Below the pieces are notes generated by a model that saw nothing but the letters and a program-made list of their open reading frames with translations, was not told the origin of the DNA and did not search any database. A stretch of 37,164 nucleotides of DNA, taken from the IMG/VR virus record IMGVR_UViG_3300037313_001645, positions 1-37,164 of that record; one strand, written 5' to 3'. This DNA is from a virus (lineage: Duplodnaviria; Caudoviricetes). The translations under genes were made by a program, and so were the position numbers. This document shows, in pieces, positions 34,353 through 37,164 of the stretch. The first letter of the stretch is position 1. Every line of letters starts with the position of its first letter.

Positions 34353-34589
34353 TTGAGGTGAGCCTGTGCTATCCGCTTTACCGGGGTTCGCCCAGCCGTG
34401 CCTGCTAGGGATAGCTAACGTGCACTCTGTCCAGTGCGTGTCTGCTGTGGCTCCCTCGTCCGAAGAGTCGCAGGGATTTTAAGTGTATCTTCGCCACAGC
34501 TTTTCACGCCGCTCACTTCAAGAAGGCCGCCGGAACACCAGCTTAACGGTTGTTTCATCACGCAACGAAACAGCTCCAGCGGCTTTCTT
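34353..34589 (-). ncRNA. Large putative structured RNA upstream of xis-int
   Basis: Two multibranch domains closed by 34353-34363/34511-34521 and 34520-34536/34573-34589; internal GCTGTGGC/GCCACAGC and GCTATCC/GGATAGC stems; C(UUCG)G loop. Confidence 0.65.
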
Positions 34590-34596
34590 CAAATGA

Positions 34597-34701
34597 TCAA
34601 TTCTCAACCATAACTCCATAAACCCACGTAAACAAAAACGCCAAAAGCAAAGCCATGGTGATTTCGAAAATAATTACTTTGGCTTTTCTCGGAATTTTCA
34701 T
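34597..34701 (-). CDS. 34-aa single-TM peptide (not in ORF track)
   Basis: MKIPRKAKVIIFEITMALLLAFLFTWVYGVMVEN. Confidence 0.45.
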   Translation of the reverse strand: MKIPRKAKVIIFEITMALLLAFLFTWVYGVMVEN

Positions 34702-34712
34702 TGGGATTAGTT

Positions 34713-34943
34713 TCATATATAACCGTCCTCATAAGCTTCGCAATCAGGATCGCAGTTAACTTTTAAACAGATTGGGCAATCCTCTAATTCTTTATCAGTG
34801 GGCTCGACTGTGATTTTCACAATTCGATCTCCGATTGGGGAATCAAAGACAAATGTTCCAATGCTTGTAATGTTGTCGTAAGCGGCCTTGGTAATCATTT
34901 CGCTCAAATCTTTATCTATGTTGTCATGTTCTTTTGTTTTCAT
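34713..34943 (-). CDS. Hypothetical protein with Cys-rich C-terminus
   Basis: TAATG coupling; GAGGGAG RBS. Confidence 0.55.
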   Translation of the reverse strand: MKTKEHDNIDKDLSEMITKAAYDNITSIGTFVFDSPIGDRIVKITVEPTDKELEDCPICLKVNCDPDCEAYEDGYI

Positions 34944-35737
34944 TATTGCGGCTCCCTCGGCAGAGAAGCTTTGCATTGAACGCAATACCAATCTTTTTTG
35001 CCTTGTCGGTCCCCGTCTTTGTTGGGATATCTGCTGACCATCATTTTTTTTCCACAATGGAGTGGCGGCTCACCTGCCGGCGAAACATCTCGAGGTGATT
35101 CTTTCTCTTTAGAAGACTCCTCACCAGGAGCTTCATCTTTTGGATCGATCTCATCAAGCATGTCTTGAGAAAAGAAATCAGAGGCACTTGTTGCGATAAT
35201 AGTAGCTCCAACCATGGCCCGCTTTTGAACCATTTTTACGAGAGTATTTAGGATATCAGCAATCGGAGTGGCTTCCTTCTTTTGCTCAGATCCGCCACCT
35301 TTGGTTTTCACCCAAACATTTCTTTCACGATATTTCTTTTCTTGAGATGAAATCATCGCATCACATTCAGCGATAATCACATCAGGACGATTGAGTGCGT
35401 AAACCTCACACTTATAGGAAAACCAAGCAATGTTTTTATCAAAATCAACTAAACTATCGACCTTCCTAAACCTGCAGCCTAATTTGAAGAGATTCAAAAG
35501 TTTTTCAGACCCCGGCTTTAGGAGAGACATCTGTTTAGTGCCTTCGATAATGCCGTAATCACCCTGACCATAATCAGGAGCATTTTTGTCTTTGAAATTC
35601 GCTTCGACCAATTGGGACTTAATAAATCTCTTTAAGAGAGCTCTGAGCTTCTGAAGCGCAGAGACATCCTCTTCAGTCACAACGAGAGTGCCTTGATTAT
35701 AAGAACGCGCTTCGACTAATTGTTTAGACTTTTCCAT
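34943..35737 (-). CDS. Putative single-strand annealing protein
   Basis: Follows YqaJ; DYGII, SLLKPGSEKL and NTLVKMVQKRAMVGA motifs; C-terminal Zn ribbon. Confidence 0.6.
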   Translation of the reverse strand: MEKSKQLVEARSYNQGTLVVTEEDVSALQKLRALLKRFIKSQLVEANFKDKNAPDYGQGDYGIIEGTKQMSLLKPGSEKLLNLFKLGCRFRKVDSLVDFDKNIAWFSYKCEVYALNRPDVIIAECDAMISSQEKKYRERNVWVKTKGGGSEQKKEATPIADILNTLVKMVQKRAMVGATIIATSASDFFSQDMLDEIDPKDEAPGEESSKEKESPRDVSPAGEPPLHCGKKMMVSRYPNKDGDRQGKKDWYCVQCKASLPREPQ

Positions 35738-36632
35738 TTTTCTTCTCTTTCGTCTCAATGCTAACGTTCCAAGAAGGTTCGCTCGGCGCTGATCTAAATT
35801 TTTCAAGATATCTTTCAGAATATTTTTCAAGTCTGCGTTTTACACCAGGAATCTTTTTGTAATCGATAGAACCATTTTTTCCAGCCTTATAAGCCACGAT
35901 GCCGGCACCGCGAAGTTTTGGGTGTCCGTAAGAATCAAGCTTTGCCTTTAAACTTTCAAAATATTCTTTGGCATTATCCATTAGAACCTTGGCTTCATAA
36001 ATTTCGTTAAGAAGCGCTAGATCCTCAGGAATAAGCTCATCACGGTCTGTAAGAGGCGGAAGCTTTCCCTCTTTAATCATGCCCCAAAAATCGTGCTCTT
36101 TTTGAAGCTGCTCACTGATAAACTTTGGATCTCTTTTCACTTCAATGAGAATGCCGTTATCACTTCCGTTGTGACCATACCACTGTCCAAGATCAACTCC
36201 TGCGACTTCCATGTTGTGCTGTAACTGCACGAAGTGATGGCGCGGAACTTTCCCGTCTTCACGGGCCTCTTCAAGAACAGCTTTACCGACAAGTTTTGCT
36301 TCCAAGACGCCGTATTTTACCTTATCAAATCCATCCATCGATGTGCGAATGTGATCAAATTTATCATGAACTGCGCAAAGAGGTTCCATCACTATTCCTG
36401 TGAGCTCTGCGAAATTTTTTCTAACCAATGATTCTGTTCTATGGCCCTTTGCGAAGATAAATTCATTCTCAGAGTCTTCTGAAACAATTCGATCTCGCTT
36501 AATGATTGCAAGCTGCCGTGGCGTTGAATAAGGACTTGAACCTTCAATCACTGGAGCATCAGAGCCACCAATACCGTCAAGTCGCCAAGAATGCCACTCT
36601 GGTGTATTTTGTTTTAATTCAATGACTCGCAT
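35724..36632 (-). CDS. YqaJ-like (lambda exonuclease family) recombination nuclease
   Basis: QNTPEWHSWR..GIGGSD, SMDG, LEAK and QLQH motifs. Confidence 0.9.
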   Translation of the reverse strand: MRVIELKQNTPEWHSWRLDGIGGSDAPVIEGSSPYSTPRQLAIIKRDRIVSEDSENEFIFAKGHRTESLVRKNFAELTGIVMEPLCAVHDKFDHIRTSMDGFDKVKYGVLEAKLVGKAVLEEAREDGKVPRHHFVQLQHNMEVAGVDLGQWYGHNGSDNGILIEVKRDPKFISEQLQKEHDFWGMIKEGKLPPLTDRDELIPEDLALLNEIYEAKVLMDNAKEYFESLKAKLDSYGHPKLRGAGIVAYKAGKNGSIDYKKIPGVKRRLEKYSERYLEKFRSAPSEPSWNVSIETKEKKNGKV

Positions 36633-36960
36633 GTTTTAACCTCGCCTGATCTTGCATTGATTTGAATTTTTTCTCTCCAAGCCAATGCTTTAGATAAGTT
36701 TCCACCAGTTCACTAATACTATTGTAAACGCCGCCGCGCCCTGGTGTATTTTGCTGTTCATTGATCATCATGATGATATGCCCACCGCACTCGGTTTTCT
36801 TCTTTGCGCCCATATATCCATCGGCTTTTGGATCAGTCTTGTGGCAGGTATGATGAAAAAATTTATCACGCGTGTGCATATCAAAAACATCTCTGAGCCA
36901 GTCAGGAGAACCGATTAGAGCTGTGGATTTTTTAAAAGGGCAATTTGAGCATGCGCTCAT
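36619..36960 (-). CDS. Cys/His-rich protein (DUF6283-like)
   Basis: CSNCPF...TCHKT...CGG. Confidence 0.6.
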   Translation of the reverse strand: MSACSNCPFKKSTALIGSPDWLRDVFDMHTRDKFFHHTCHKTDPKADGYMGAKKKTECGGHIIMMINEQQNTPGRGGVYNSISELVETYLKHWLGEKKFKSMQDQARLKHASH

Positions 36961-37079
36961 GACAACGCCTCAGCTTGTTTTCTTTTTTGAGCTTCAACCT
37001 GCTCTAAAACGAATTCCATCCACCTTGCACGCTGGATTTCAACCGCATCTTCTAATTCTTGATCAGTGTATTCTCTCAC
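36957..37079 (-). CDS. 40-aa hypothetical protein running through the terminal overlap
   Basis: GGAGGAG RBS; MREYTDQELEDAVEIQ...EALS; ATGA overlap with the next gene. Confidence 0.55.
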   Translation of the reverse strand: MREYTDQELEDAVEIQRARWMEFVLEQVEAQKRKQAEALS

Positions 37080-37164
37080 TTTGCGTCTCCTCCAAAATCA
37101 TTTCCCGAATTATTTGAGCCATATACCAGCTCCCGATCATTTCCATGTAGCTCATTAGAAAGTG
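37038..37164 (+). repeat. Terminal direct repeat, copy 2
   Basis: Identical to 1-127. Confidence 0.95.

Larger units (their letters stand above)
1..37164. mobile_element. Complete temperate phage genome (P22-like podovirus architecture), excised/circular form
   Basis: Terminal 127-bp overlap; full head, tail, lysis, immunity, integration and replication modules; intact internal attP. Confidence 0.95.

Noticed and set aside
37038-37164. 127-bp terminal repeat as a biological DTR
   Set aside because: The length equals a standard assembly k-mer, it cuts through coding sequence, and a P22-like terminase implies headful packaging
1-37164. CRISPR array, diversity-generating retroelement, or stop-codon recoding
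   Set aside because: No repeat-spacer array, reverse transcriptase or TR/VR pair seen by eye; long genes are intact in the standard code and no suppressor tRNA is present

Overview
The window is a complete, circularly assembled temperate phage genome of about 37,037 bp; bases 1-127 are repeated at 37038-37164. Almost all genes are on the minus strand. The virion module is P22/Lederbergvirus-like podoviral: terminase, portal, scaffold, coat, head-tail adaptors, three ejection proteins and a C1q-tipped fibre. It also has a lysis cluster, a cI/cro switch, YqaJ plus annealase recombination genes, xis-int, an attP matching a tRNA 3' end, a replication initiator and two tRNA genes. The host is inferred, tentatively, to be Bdellovibrionota-like, from a solo LuxR protein and FliA-related signals. 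Highlights: (1) a clear Tad1 anti-defence sponge homolog with several other candidate nucleotide-signal antagonists; (2) a FliA-like sigma factor, a LuxR protein and a sigma28-promoter-driven lipoprotein that may tie the phage to the host life cycle; (3) attP placed between int and the replication gene, so integration splits the early operon; (4) large structured intergenic RNAs directly upstream of ribosome binding sites; (5) virion-like lectin genes displaced into the early region, and small divergent RHH-like regulators inside the late region. All family assignments come from motif reading and recall; no searches were run.
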